DNA from: a virus
Taxonomy: Duplodnaviria; Caudoviricetes
Strand: one strand, 5' to 3'
Length of the DNA stretch: 25,192 bases
Virus record (IMG/VR): IMGVR_UViG_3300033232_000128
Coordinates: 1 to 25,192 of that record
A model generated the notes under the pieces. It had not been told where the DNA came from and did not search any database. It worked only from the letters and a program-made list of their open reading frames with translations. Made by a program: the position numbers and the translations under genes. Shown piece after piece: positions 1 through 8,648 of this stretch (position 1 is the first letter of the stretch; the number at the start of each line of letters is the position of its first letter).

Positions 1-1
1 G

Positions 2-1531
2 GTGCGCTACCTGTTTCTCGACGAGGTCGACGGCTACCCGCTGGACGTTGAAGGCGAGGGCGATGCGATCAGTCTGGCCGAAGCCCGCACGCGCACCTTT
101 ACCCGGCGCAAGATATTCATCGTCTCGACCCCGACCATCGCAGGTGTGTCGGCCATCGAACGTGAATTCGAGGCCAGTGACCAGCGGCGCTACTTTGTAC
201 CGTGTCCGCACTGTGACCACCGCCAGTGGCTGCGCTTTGAGCGCCTGCGCTGGGAGAAATCCAAACCTGAGACCGCCGCCTATGTGTGCGAGTCTTGCGA
301 GCAGCCCATTGCAGAGCACCACAAGACGCGCATGCTCGAACTCGGCCAATGGCGCAGCATGATCGACCAAGAGTCTGTAAAAAGCAGCAAAGGTCGCACA
401 AAGACGGCCGGCTTTCACCTCTCTAGCCTGTACAGCCCGGTGGGTTGGCGCAGTTGGCGTGATGTGGCAGCAGCCTGGGAGAGCGCAGTCAGCAAGGAAT
501 CGGGTTGCGCTGCTGCGATCAAGACCTTCAAGAACACCGAGCTGGGTGAAACCTGGCTCGAGCAAGGTGAAGCACCCGACTGGCAGCGCCTGCTCGAGCG
601 CCGCGAGGACTACCCAATCGGCACCGTGCCCATGGGCGGCTTGCTGCTGGTGGCTGGTGCCGACGTGCAAAAAGACCGGCTCGAAGCCTCGGTCTGGGCC
701 TTCGGGCGCGGCAAGGAAGTCTGGCTGGTTGATCACCGCGTGATGATGGGTGATACCGCCCGGGACGAGGTTTGGCAGCAACTCGCCGCCATGCTCGCAG
801 AGCGCTGGACGCATGCCAGTGGTGCGCTGATGCCGCTGGCCCGGCTCGCGCTCGACACTGGCTATGCCACCCAGGAGGCGTATGCCTTTGCGCGCAACTG
901 CCGCGACCCCCGGCTGATGCCGATCAAGGGCATGCGCGCAGGCGCAATGGGTGGTGCCGCGCTGATCGGCACACCCACTGCGGTGGATGTGAGCCAGGGT
1001 GGCAGACGGCTGCGCCGGGGCATCAAGCTGTACTCGGTGTCGGTGGGCATGGCAAAGATGGAGTTTTACAACAACCTGCGCAAAAGCGCCGACGTGGGCT
1101 CTGATGGTGTTACGCCGATTTACCCGCCCGGCTTTGTGCACCTGCCCAAGATCGATGCCGAGTTTGTGCAGCAGTTATGCGCCGAGAGCCTGATCACGCG
1201 CCACGACAGACGCGGATTTGCACACAGAGAGTGGCAGAAAACGCGCGAGCGAAACGAGGCACTTGACATCTTTGTCTATGCCCGGGCTGCTGCGTGCAAC
1301 GCCGGTCTTGATCGCTTTGAAGAGCGTCACTGGTGTGAGTTGGAGCGCCAACTCGGTACGGAGCGCTTACCCGATGCAGTGGCGCGTGTTAACCCAATGA
1401 GTTTGACCAAGGACCTCATTGATGCCAGTCCTGGTGCATCTGCATCTGCATCTGCACCCGCTGGCATTGCTGTTTCTGTGCAGCCCAAATCCAGCCGACG
1501 CGTGATCCGCAGTTCCTGGCTTAAACGCTAG
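2..1531 (+). CDS. terL: Terminase large subunit, lambda GpA family (5'-truncated by window edge)
   Basis: Walker B 'YLFLDEVDGYP', 'STPT' motif, CPHC...CESC, nuclease motifs 'GADVQKDRLE' and 'RNEALD'; lies upstream of gpW and portal. Confidence 0.95.
   Translation: MRYLFLDEVDGYPLDVEGEGDAISLAEARTRTFTRRKIFIVSTPTIAGVSAIEREFEASDQRRYFVPCPHCDHRQWLRFERLRWEKSKPETAAYVCESCEQPIAEHHKTRMLELGQWRSMIDQESVKSSKGRTKTAGFHLSSLYSPVGWRSWRDVAAAWESAVSKESGCAAAIKTFKNTELGETWLEQGEAPDWQRLLERREDYPIGTVPMGGLLLVAGADVQKDRLEASVWAFGRGKEVWLVDHRVMMGDTARDEVWQQLAAMLAERWTHASGALMPLARLALDTGYATQEAYAFARNCRDPRLMPIKGMRAGAMGGAALIGTPTAVDVSQGGRRLRRGIKLYSVSVGMAKMEFYNNLRKSADVGSDGVTPIYPPGFVHLPKIDAEFVQQLCAESLITRHDRRGFAHREWQKTRERNEALDIFVYARAAACNAGLDRFEERHWCELERQLGTERLPDAVARVNPMSLTKDLIDASPGASASASAPAGIAVSVQPKSSRRVIRSSWLKR
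1435..1456 (+). repeat. (TGCATC)x3.7 in-frame hexamer repeat encoding ASASASA in the terminase C-terminal tail
   Basis: tgcatc tgcatc tgcatc tgca read directly. Confidence 0.9.
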
Positions 1532-1563
1532 GGACTACTTGCACGCGCTGGTGACTCGAACCT

Positions 1564-1590
1564 GGGCGCCTTGGTGTCCTTTTTACTTTT
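1564..1590 (+). terminator. Weak possible intrinsic terminator after terminase
   Basis: GGGCGC-CTTG-GTGTCC (6-bp stem with two G-U pairs) followed by TTTTTACTTTT. Confidence 0.3.
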
Positions 1591-1619
1591 GATTCCTTCA
1601 TTTTTTGGAGCTTTAACCC

Positions 1620-1787
1620 ATGAGTTTGCAAACCCGGTCAGGCGTCACTCGCACAGCGATGGGTCGCTGCCGCGTGACGTTTGCCAGCGCCGACGAGAAG
1701 ACCGTCAGGTACGTCGACATCAGTTGCGCAAAGGCTGCTCTGTCGTTTTCTGACAGCACCGAGATCAACCTGACGCTGTGGCGCTGA
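1620..1787 (+). pseudogene. 55-aa ORF (MSLQTRSGVTRTAMGRCRVTFASADEKTVRYVDISCAKAALSFSDSTEINLTLWR), probable deletion remnant of accessory virion gene(s)
   Basis: GGAG RBS upstream of ATG 1620, stop 1785-1787; not in ORF track. Segments resemble parts of longer proteins recalled at this position in related prophages. Confidence 0.5.
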
Positions 1788-1805
1788 CCCACAGGAAAAC
1801 CCCTT

Positions 1806-2027
1806 ATGTCCTTCACCCAAACCCAACTCGAAACCTTGCAGGGCGCGCTCACCCAGGGCGAGCGGCGTGTCTCCTTTGGCGACAAGACGGTCGAATACCG
1901 CTCGATCGAGGAATTGAAGCTCGCTATCCGCGAGGTCAAGCGCGCCCTGGCCGATCAGGCCGCTGCCACCGGCACGTGGCCTGGCGCACCCCGGCAAATT
2001 CGGCTCACCACCTCCAAAGGCACCTAA
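1806..2027 (+). CDS. Head-tail joining / head completion protein, gpW-like (73 aa)
   Basis: 'GERRVSFGDKTVEYRSIEELK' motif; AGGA RBS; between terminase and portal. Confidence 0.9.
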   Translation: MSFTQTQLETLQGALTQGERRVSFGDKTVEYRSIEELKLAIREVKRALADQAAATGTWPGAPRQIRLTTSKGT

Positions 2028-2032
2028 ACCCC

Positions 2033-3577
2033 ATGCTGCAAGCTCACAAAACGACTGGCTGGTTCCAGTCCATCAAGAGGAAGTTCTTTGCCACCGCATT
2101 CTCCAGCGCACCCACCTATGACGGCATCGGTTCTGGCAGGCGTGCGCTGGCGTGGTCGGTGGGCAACCCCGGGGCGGTGGCTGCCATGTTGTTCAACCAC
2201 AATGAGCTGCGCGCCAAGAGCCGGGATCTGGTGCGGCGCAACGCCTGGGCCAACTCGGCGCTCGAATCCTATGTGGCCAACGCCATTGGCACCGGCATCA
2301 AGCCCCAATCGATGCTCACCCAGGCAGACCAGCGTGAGGCGGTGCAGACCCTTTGGCGCAATTGGACGGTAGAGGCAGACGCCGCAGGGTTGACCGACTT
2401 TTACGGTCTGCAGGCCATGGCGTGTCGGGCCATGCTCGAAGGCGGCGAGGCTCTGGTGCGCTTGCGCTTTCGCAGACCAGAGGACGGCTTGAGCGTGGGC
2501 TTGCAATTGCAGGTCCTCGAGCCCGAGCACTTGCCTGTTCACTTGAACGCGACCGCCAGCAACGGCAACCTCATTCGCGCTGGCATCGAGTTTGACCGCC
2601 TGGGGCGTCGGGTGGCTTACCACATGTACCGCTCGCACCCCGAGGACGGCACGCTCGCCCCCATGTCGGGAGCCGGTAATGGCAGTACCGCCAGGGTCGA
2701 TGCCAGAGAAATCGTGCACTTGTACCGCGCTTTGCGCCCGGGGCAGATCCGTGGCGAGCCGTGGCTGGCACGCGCCCTGGTGAAACTACACGACCTGGAC
2801 CAATATGACGATGCTGAGTTGGTGCGCAAGAAGACGGCGGCCATGTTTGCCGGCTTCGTGACCCGCCTGACCCCGGAGGACAACCTACTCGGTGAGGGCC
2901 TGGCCAACGACCATGGTGTGGCACTTGCCGGCCTGGAGCCCGGAACCATGCAGATTCTGGAGCCCGGCGAAGACATCAAGTTCAGCCAGCCCGCAGATGT
3001 GGGTGGTTCGTACTCGGAATTTCTGCGCATGCAGTTTCGTGCCGTAGCGGCTGCCATGGGTGTCACTTATGAACAACTCACGGGCGACCTCACCCAAGTG
3101 AACTATTCATCCATTCGTGCTGGCTTGCTGGAGTTTCGCCGCCGGGTTGAGGCCTTGCAGCACGGTGTCATCGTGCACCAACTGTGTCGCCCGATCTGGA
3201 ACGCGTGGATGGACCAGGCTGTGCTTGAGGGTGCATTGGTCTTGCCCGGCTATGCGACAGAGGAAAGATTCAAACGCAACTACCAGGCCTGCAAGTGGAT
3301 ACCTCAGGGGTGGCAGTGGGTCGATCCCCTGAAAGAGGCTGATGCCATGAAGGCGGCCATTCGCTGCGGGTTGATGAGTCGAACTGAGGCGATATCGGCC
3401 AATGGCTATGACGCTGAGGATGTGGACCGTGAAATCGCCGCTGATAACGCGCGTGCTGATGGTTTGGGACTCATCCTGGACTCTGATCCGCGCCACGAGT
3501 TGGCGCCCAGCGCAGCAGTGCCTCCAGCAGGGGCTGCTCAAGAGCCTTCTCCTGAACCGCCCCAAAAAGGAAACTGA
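2033..3577 (+). CDS. Portal protein, lambda family (514 aa)
   Basis: 'LRAKSRDLVRRNAWA', 'RPGQIRGEPWL', 'LTGDLTQVNYSSIRAGLLEF', 'WVDPLKE'. Start reassigned to ATG 2033 just after the gpW stop. Confidence 0.95.
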   Translation: MLQAHKTTGWFQSIKRKFFATAFSSAPTYDGIGSGRRALAWSVGNPGAVAAMLFNHNELRAKSRDLVRRNAWANSALESYVANAIGTGIKPQSMLTQADQREAVQTLWRNWTVEADAAGLTDFYGLQAMACRAMLEGGEALVRLRFRRPEDGLSVGLQLQVLEPEHLPVHLNATASNGNLIRAGIEFDRLGRRVAYHMYRSHPEDGTLAPMSGAGNGSTARVDAREIVHLYRALRPGQIRGEPWLARALVKLHDLDQYDDAELVRKKTAAMFAGFVTRLTPEDNLLGEGLANDHGVALAGLEPGTMQILEPGEDIKFSQPADVGGSYSEFLRMQFRAVAAAMGVTYEQLTGDLTQVNYSSIRAGLLEFRRRVEALQHGVIVHQLCRPIWNAWMDQAVLEGALVLPGYATEERFKRNYQACKWIPQGWQWVDPLKEADAMKAAIRCGLMSRTEAISANGYDAEDVDREIAADNARADGLGLILDSDPRHELAPSAAVPPAGAAQEPSPEPPQKGN

Positions 3578-3579
3578 CC

Positions 3580-5073
3580 ATGTTTTTGCCACATCTGGCG
3601 TCCCGCCTTTACGGGACGCCGCTGCTGCTTGCGCGCACCAAGCTCGACGTCATTCTCAGCGTCCTGGGTGAGCGCGTTGGCTGGCCAGGCTCGGTGCCTG
3701 ATGCAAGTGCCTGGGCACCTTCAAGTCAACTTGCACATGCCGATGCTTGGTCGCTGCTCAATGTGTCGCAAGACATCTCCAGCACGAGCAGCGGTATCGC
3801 TGTCATTGGCATTACCGGCTCGCTAGTGCACCGAAATATTGGCATCGATGCCCAGTCCGGGCTGATGAGCTATGCAGAAATTGCGCAAAAGCTCGAACTC
3901 GCAGCCAATGATCCTTCGGTGTCGGGCATATTGCTCGACATTGACTCACCCGGTGGCGAGGCCGGTGGCGTGTTTGAGCTGGCCCAGCGTATTCGCGAGA
4001 TCGCTGCCATCAAGCCTGTATGGGCGCTGGCCTGTGACTCGGCGTTCTCTGCCGCCTACGCCATTGCCTGTGCCGCCTCACGCGTGCTGGTCACCCAAAC
4101 CAGTGGGGTGGGCTCCATTGGCGTGATTGCCATGCATGTCGATCAATCCCTACGCGATGCACAGCAGGGATATCGCTTCACGGCTGTGACAGCGGGTGAC
4201 TTCAAGGGCGACCTCTCACCGCACGAGGCGCTGACCAAGGGAGCTTGTGCGCGACTTCAATCAGAAGTTGACCGCTTGTACGGCTTGTTTGTCGATCATG
4301 TAGTGAGCATGCGATCTCTTGCGCCCAAAGCCGTTCATGCCACCCAGGCGGCCTGCTTCTTTGGGCCGGAGTCGATTGCAGTGGGACTGGCTGATGCACT
4401 GGTTCGGAGCGATCAAGTGATGGCTGAGTTTGCAGCGTACTTGTCGCAAAACCGGCTTCCTGGGCAGATCAGTCAAATCATCGGTTTGTCGCAGCGCGCG
4501 TTTGCCGGCGACGTCGTTCAAGCACAGCAGCCAGATGAATTACCCGCAGATAGCCCCACCGTAGTCCCTGCCGTAATCCCTGCCGTAGTCACCACCGTAT
4601 CTCAAATTTCCAACGTCAACCCAAAGGAGTCTCCCATGACGCAAACCCTGCAGAGCCAAACTGCACCCGCTGCCGAAGCACTTCCAGATGCAGTCGAAGT
4701 ACCTGTCGCTGAGGCACCAGCGGCTGAAATTGAGGAAGCACTGACTGATCCCAATCCCAATCCCAATCCCAATCCAGCCAGCGACGCTGTGAGCACGTTG
4801 GACGCTGTGGCTGCTGTGGCTGCTGGCCGCTCGCAAGCCCTGGAAATCGCCGAACTTTGTCAGCTTGCCGGGCAAAGCAGTCGCATTACCAGCTTCTTGG
4901 CCCAAGGCAGCTCGGCCCCTGAGGTGCGCCAGGCCTTGCTGCTCTCGCGTGCCCAAAGTGAAGAAATCTCCTCACTGATTCACCCAGATGCGGCCAAGCC
5001 ACTGGCAAAGGCCAGCAATGACGGCGTCTCAGCGCTGATGGCCGCCGTCAAAAAGCTCGCCGGTACGCCATGA
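3580..5073 (+). CDS. Prohead protease, S49 family (lambda gpC-like) with C-terminal scaffolding region
   Basis: 'LLDIDSPGGEAGG', catalytic Ser region 'AFSAAYAIA', 'GVGSIGV', Lys in 'AGDFKGD'. Confidence 0.93.
   Translation: MFLPHLASRLYGTPLLLARTKLDVILSVLGERVGWPGSVPDASAWAPSSQLAHADAWSLLNVSQDISSTSSGIAVIGITGSLVHRNIGIDAQSGLMSYAEIAQKLELAANDPSVSGILLDIDSPGGEAGGVFELAQRIREIAAIKPVWALACDSAFSAAYAIACAASRVLVTQTSGVGSIGVIAMHVDQSLRDAQQGYRFTAVTAGDFKGDLSPHEALTKGACARLQSEVDRLYGLFVDHVVSMRSLAPKAVHATQAACFFGPESIAVGLADALVRSDQVMAEFAAYLSQNRLPGQISQIIGLSQRAFAGDVVQAQQPDELPADSPTVVPAVIPAVVTTVSQISNVNPKESPMTQTLQSQTAPAAEALPDAVEVPVAEAPAAEIEEALTDPNPNPNPNPASDAVSTLDAVAAVAAGRSQALEIAELCQLAGQSSRITSFLAQGSSAPEVRQALLLSRAQSEEISSLIHPDAAKPLAKASNDGVSALMAAVKKLAGTP
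4636..5073 (+). CDS. Nested in-frame capsid scaffolding protein (gpNu3-like, 145 aa)
   Basis: AAGGAG at 4624-4629, 6 nt before in-frame ATG 4636; acidic Ala/Pro-rich then helical sequence, matching the lambda C/Nu3 arrangement. Confidence 0.75.
   Translation: MTQTLQSQTAPAAEALPDAVEVPVAEAPAAEIEEALTDPNPNPNPNPASDAVSTLDAVAAVAAGRSQALEIAELCQLAGQSSRITSFLAQGSSAPEVRQALLLSRAQSEEISSLIHPDAAKPLAKASNDGVSALMAAVKKLAGTP
4750..4773 (+). repeat. (CCCAAT)x4 hexamer repeat encoding PNPNPNPN
   Basis: Read directly from the sequence. Confidence 0.92.
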
Positions 5074-5136
5074 ATCTGAATATTGCGACTTTGTTTGCTT
5101 GTTTCTCAATCTCAACTCTTTACATAGGACACTGCC

Positions 5137-5517
5137 ATGACCGCTATCAATGAAACCCAGAACCTGGGCGACTTGCTCAAGTACGAAGAAGACCATCTTC
5201 GCTATTCACGAGAAGTTGCCACCGTCGCTGCCGGACAGAAACTCACCTTGGGCACCGTCGTCGCACGCGAAACGGCGAGTGCAAAACTCATGCAACTCGA
5301 CCCCTTGGCCACCGATGGTTCAGAAAACCCCATCGGCGTGCTTTTGAACGATGTCGATGCCTCCTTGATCGATGTGCAAGACGCACTCTTGCTCAACCGT
5401 CATGCGGTGCTCGCATCGGAGTGCGTGATTTGGCCCGCAGGCATCACCGCTGCGGCCAAGACCGCTGCCATCGGCGCGCTGGCCGACCTTGGCATCCTGA
5501 TTCGCCAGTCAGCCTGA
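5137..5517 (+). CDS. Head decoration protein (gpD-like, 126 aa)
   Basis: 'LGDLLKYEE..YSRE..TVAAGQ.L.LGTVV', 'WPAGITAA.K.AAI..L..LGI'; between protease and capsid; AGGA RBS. Confidence 0.9.
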   Translation: MTAINETQNLGDLLKYEEDHLRYSREVATVAAGQKLTLGTVVARETASAKLMQLDPLATDGSENPIGVLLNDVDASLIDVQDALLLNRHAVLASECVIWPAGITAAAKTAAIGALADLGILIRQSA

Positions 5518-5576
5518 TCGCACCCAAGCCTGGGCGCTGGTGCTGACTTATCACTTCAACCTTTGGACATTTCCCC

Positions 5577-6578
5577 ATGAACAACCCCTTCAACAACCCC
5601 GCCTTCTCGATGTCATCGCTGACCGCTGCGATCAACATCATCCCCAACCGCTTCGGTCGCATCGAGGCCCTCAAAATCTTCCCCGACAAGCCTGTGCGCA
5701 CGCGCCAGGTGATGGTCGAAGAACAAAACGGCGTGCTCAACCTGCTACCGACCATGCCCGTGGGCGCCCCTGGCACGGTGGGCACCCGTGGCAAGCGCGC
5801 CATGCGCTCCTTTGTGGTGCCGCATATTCCGCATGACGATGTGGTTTTGCCAGAGGAAGTCCAGGGCATTCGCGCCTTTGGCAGTGAGACCGAGATGGAA
5901 ACCATCGCCTCGGTCATGGCCCGACATCTGCAGACCATGCGCAACAAGCACGCCATCACACTGGAGAACCTGCGCATGGGTGCCTTGAAGGGCGTGATCC
6001 TGGATGCCGATGGCTCGGTGATTTACAACCTGTTTGATGAGTTTGGCATCACGCCCACGACCATCAACTTCGATCTGGCCAATGCAGCCTCCAACGTTAA
6101 AAAGAAGTGTGCCGATGTGCTGCGCCACTTTGAGGACAACCTCAAGGGTGAATTCATGACCTCGGTGCACTGCCTGTGCTCACCCGAGTTTTATGACGCG
6201 CTGACCGATCACGTCAAGGTCAAGGACGCGTTTGCCTACAGCCAGCAGCGGGCCGTGCTGATCGATGACATGCGCGCGGGCTTCACCTTTGGTGGAGTCA
6301 CCTTTGAGGAATACCGGGGCCAGGCCACCGACATGAATGGGGTCACCCGCCGTTTTATTGCCGCAGGCGAGGCCCATGCGTTTCCCTTGGGCACGGTCGA
6401 CACATTCAGCACCTACTACGCACCGGCTGACTTCAATGAGACCGCCAACACGCTGGGCCAGGCGCTCTACGCCAAGCAGGAGCCGCGCAAGTTTGAGCGC
6501 GGCACTGACCTGCACACGCAAAGCAACCCGCTGCCGATGTGCCACCGCCCGGGCGTTCTCGTGAAGCTGACGGTGTGA
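5577..6578 (+). CDS. Major capsid protein, lambda gpE family (333 aa)
   Basis: 'FSMSSLTAAIN', 'EEVQGIRAFG', 'FGGVTFEEYRG', 'QSNPLPMCHRP'; size and position. Confidence 0.95.
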   Translation: MNNPFNNPAFSMSSLTAAINIIPNRFGRIEALKIFPDKPVRTRQVMVEEQNGVLNLLPTMPVGAPGTVGTRGKRAMRSFVVPHIPHDDVVLPEEVQGIRAFGSETEMETIASVMARHLQTMRNKHAITLENLRMGALKGVILDADGSVIYNLFDEFGITPTTINFDLANAASNVKKKCADVLRHFEDNLKGEFMTSVHCLCSPEFYDALTDHVKVKDAFAYSQQRAVLIDDMRAGFTFGGVTFEEYRGQATDMNGVTRRFIAAGEAHAFPLGTVDTFSTYYAPADFNETANTLGQALYAKQEPRKFERGTDLHTQSNPLPMCHRPGVLVKLTV

Positions 6579-6862
6579 TGGTGCGCATCGAGGACTTCTA
6601 TGAGGCCGCTGGGCGGTCTGGCTTGCTGGTGGACGCGGAAATCGATGGCCACACCATCGCCGTCGATTTCCGCTCGCCAGACGAGAGCGTCCTCGACGGG
6701 CTTGCCCTGTCTGCCGATTACACGATCCGCTTTCCAGCCTCGACACTGCCGAGCCTGGCGGCAGGAGACATCGTGTCCATCGCAGGCAACACGTATCGCG
6801 TCCGCGATATCCGCAGCATCGGCGACGGCAGCGAGCGCCGCGCTTCACTCTCTCGACTCTAA
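6578..6862 (+). CDS. Head-tail connector/joining protein (94 aa, MVRIEDFYEAA...)
   Basis: TGATG coupling to the capsid stop; beta-rich with C-terminal 'YRVRDIRSIGDGSERRASL'; gpFII-like position. Confidence 0.75.
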   Translation: MVRIEDFYEAAGRSGLLVDAEIDGHTIAVDFRSPDESVLDGLALSADYTIRFPASTLPSLAAGDIVSIAGNTYRVRDIRSIGDGSERRASLSRL

Positions 6863-6874
6863 GGACTCCGGCTC

Positions 6875-7300
6875 ATGAACTCCATCCGCGAGCGCATCTT
6901 GCGGGAGGTCGTCGCTCGTCTCGCTGCCGGGGTGGCGCCCACGCCGGTACTGCGCTTTCCGACCGTGCCGGTGACGCGCGAGGCCAGCCCCGCGCTGCTG
7001 CTATTTGCCGAAGGCGACAGCATCACCGCGCATGCCAACAACCTCGTCGACCGGCTGCTGATGGTGCGTTTGGTAGCGGTGGCTCGTGGGGACGATGCCT
7101 TCGAGCAAGCCGATCTCGCCGTCGTCGCCGCCCACGCAGTCCTGATGAGCGACACCAACCTTGGCGGTCTGGCGCTGGCCCTGCGCGAGGCGGATTGCGA
7201 GTGGGACCCGGAGGACGCCGACGCCGGAGCCGTGGCGCTGCCTGCTCGCTACGAGATCCGCTACCGCACCCATGCACTTGATCTGACCCGACCTGGATAG
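6875..7300 (+). CDS. Putative tail terminator/completion protein (141 aa)
   Basis: 'SIRERIL..V...L' N-terminus and 'Y.I.YRT...DL' C-terminus; AAGGA RBS; upstream of the major tail protein. Confidence 0.65.
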   Translation: MNSIRERILREVVARLAAGVAPTPVLRFPTVPVTREASPALLLFAEGDSITAHANNLVDRLLMVRLVAVARGDDAFEQADLAVVAAHAVLMSDTNLGGLALALREADCEWDPEDADAGAVALPARYEIRYRTHALDLTRPG

Positions 7301-7306
7301 CCCGAC

Positions 7307-7486
7307 ATGAACATCGAACTAATGAAACCCCATACCCATGCCGGCGTCAGCTTCGCGCCGGGCGATCTGCTCGTCCTCGACGAGGCCGCTGCCCGCTGGC
7401 TGATCGACGCCGGCGTCGCTAAAGCCACCGACGGACTCGATGAGCCGATCGGCAAACCTCAACCCACTGCACGCAAGGGAGACTGA
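7307..7486 (+). CDS. Small phage protein (59 aa, MNIELMKPHTHAGVSFAPGD...ARWLIDAGVA)
   Basis: Fills the gap between 7300 and 7489; 'L.KPHTHAG....GD......A.WL...G.A' pattern of small tail-region proteins; below ORF track cutoff. Confidence 0.8.
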   Translation: MNIELMKPHTHAGVSFAPGDLLVLDEAAARWLIDAGVAKATDGLDEPIGKPQPTARKGD

Positions 7487-7488
7487 CC

Positions 7489-8241
7489 ATGCCTTACTTT
7501 TCTGGACAAGGGCGCGTTTACATCGGCGCCCGCGACATCACCGGCAAGCCACAGGGCTTGAACTACGTGGGCAATGTGCCCGAGCTCAAAGTCTCTCTCT
7601 CGGTGGAGACTCTGGAGCACCAGGAATCCACCAGCGGCCAGCGCCTGACCGACCTGCAGCTGATCAAGACCAAGAAGGGTGAGTTCGCCTGCACGCTCGA
7701 AGAGCTGATCGCGGTCAACCTGGGCTTGGCGTTGTACGGCACGACCACCGACCAGGTCAGCGGCACGGTCACCGCCGAGGTGCTGCCCAATCCCGTCACC
7801 TTGGGCAGTCTCTACCTGCTGGCCAAGCAGAACGTCTCGACAGTCGTGGTCAAGGATTCCACGGTCACGCCCAAGACGCTTCCGGCAGGTCAGTACACCC
7901 TCAACGCCAAGCACGGTTCGCTGGCGATCAACGACAAGACCACCGGCGGCCCCTACGTGGAGCCGTTCAAGGTGGACTACGCCTACGGCGCGGCGCAGAG
8001 CACGGCGATGTTCACCCAGCCGCTACCCGAGCGCTGGGTGCGCTTCGAAGGGCTGAACACGGCGGACGGCAACCGCGAAGTCGTGATCGACCTCTACCGC
8101 GTGGCAATCAATCCGGCCAAAGAGCTCTCGGTCATCACCGACGAACTGCTCAAGTTCGAGCTGTCGGGCCAGGTGCTGGCCGACACCCTGAAGCCTGCCG
8201 CTGGCGATCTCGGCCAGTTCGGCCGCATTGTGCTGCTGTGA
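7489..8241 (+). CDS. Major tail (tube) protein (250 aa)
   Basis: 'YFSGQGRVYIG', 'VGNVPEL', 'EHQESTSGQR', 'RFEGLNTA'; GGAG RBS; precedes the chaperones. Confidence 0.88.
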   Translation: MPYFSGQGRVYIGARDITGKPQGLNYVGNVPELKVSLSVETLEHQESTSGQRLTDLQLIKTKKGEFACTLEELIAVNLGLALYGTTTDQVSGTVTAEVLPNPVTLGSLYLLAKQNVSTVVVKDSTVTPKTLPAGQYTLNAKHGSLAINDKTTGGPYVEPFKVDYAYGAAQSTAMFTQPLPERWVRFEGLNTADGNREVVIDLYRVAINPAKELSVITDELLKFELSGQVLADTLKPAAGDLGQFGRIVLL

Positions 8242-8249
8242 GGTGAGTG

Positions 8250-8648
8250 ATGAACGACTTCGACGCGTTTCCGCCCACCCCGATTCCACTGGAGATCGCG
8301 GAGGTCGCACTGGCGATCACGCCCATTCGCATCGGCGAGATCCCGGCGCTGCTCGCTGCGGTTCGGCCCTTCGCGCACCGACTGGTCGACGGCGATCCGG
8401 ACTGGCTGGCGCTGCTGGCAGACCACGGTGACGCGCTGATCACGGCAATCGCCGTGGCCTCACGCCGTCCCCAAGAGTGGGTCGCAGCGCTGGCGATGGA
8501 CGACGCCATCCGACTAGCCACCGCCTTGTTTGAGGTGAATGCGGATTTTTTCGTGCAGCGGGTGGTGCCGACGATCCAGCACGCCGCCGCCCGGATCAAC
8601 GCACAAATGAGCGGCCCCTTGGCTGGGCTCACGCCATCGACCGTTTGA
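8250..8648 (+). CDS. Tail assembly chaperone G-like (132 aa; alternative GTG start at 8247)
   Basis: Follows the tail tube gene; contains 'EVNADFF' over slippery GGATTTTTTC. Confidence 0.8.
   Translation: MNDFDAFPPTPIPLEIAEVALAITPIRIGEIPALLAAVRPFAHRLVDGDPDWLALLADHGDALITAIAVASRRPQEWVAALAMDDAIRLATALFEVNADFFVQRVVPTIQHAAARINAQMSGPLAGLTPSTV

Noticed and set aside
1778-2032. N-terminal extension of the 599-aa portal ORF in the track
   Set aside because: It overlaps the whole gpW gene in another frame; portal-like sequence starts only after ATG 2033.
5509-5546. Imperfect hairpin between decoration and capsid genes, and a CCTGGGCGC shared with ~1561
   Set aside because: The stem is interrupted, there is no U-tract, and a 9-bp GC-rich match is compatible with chance.
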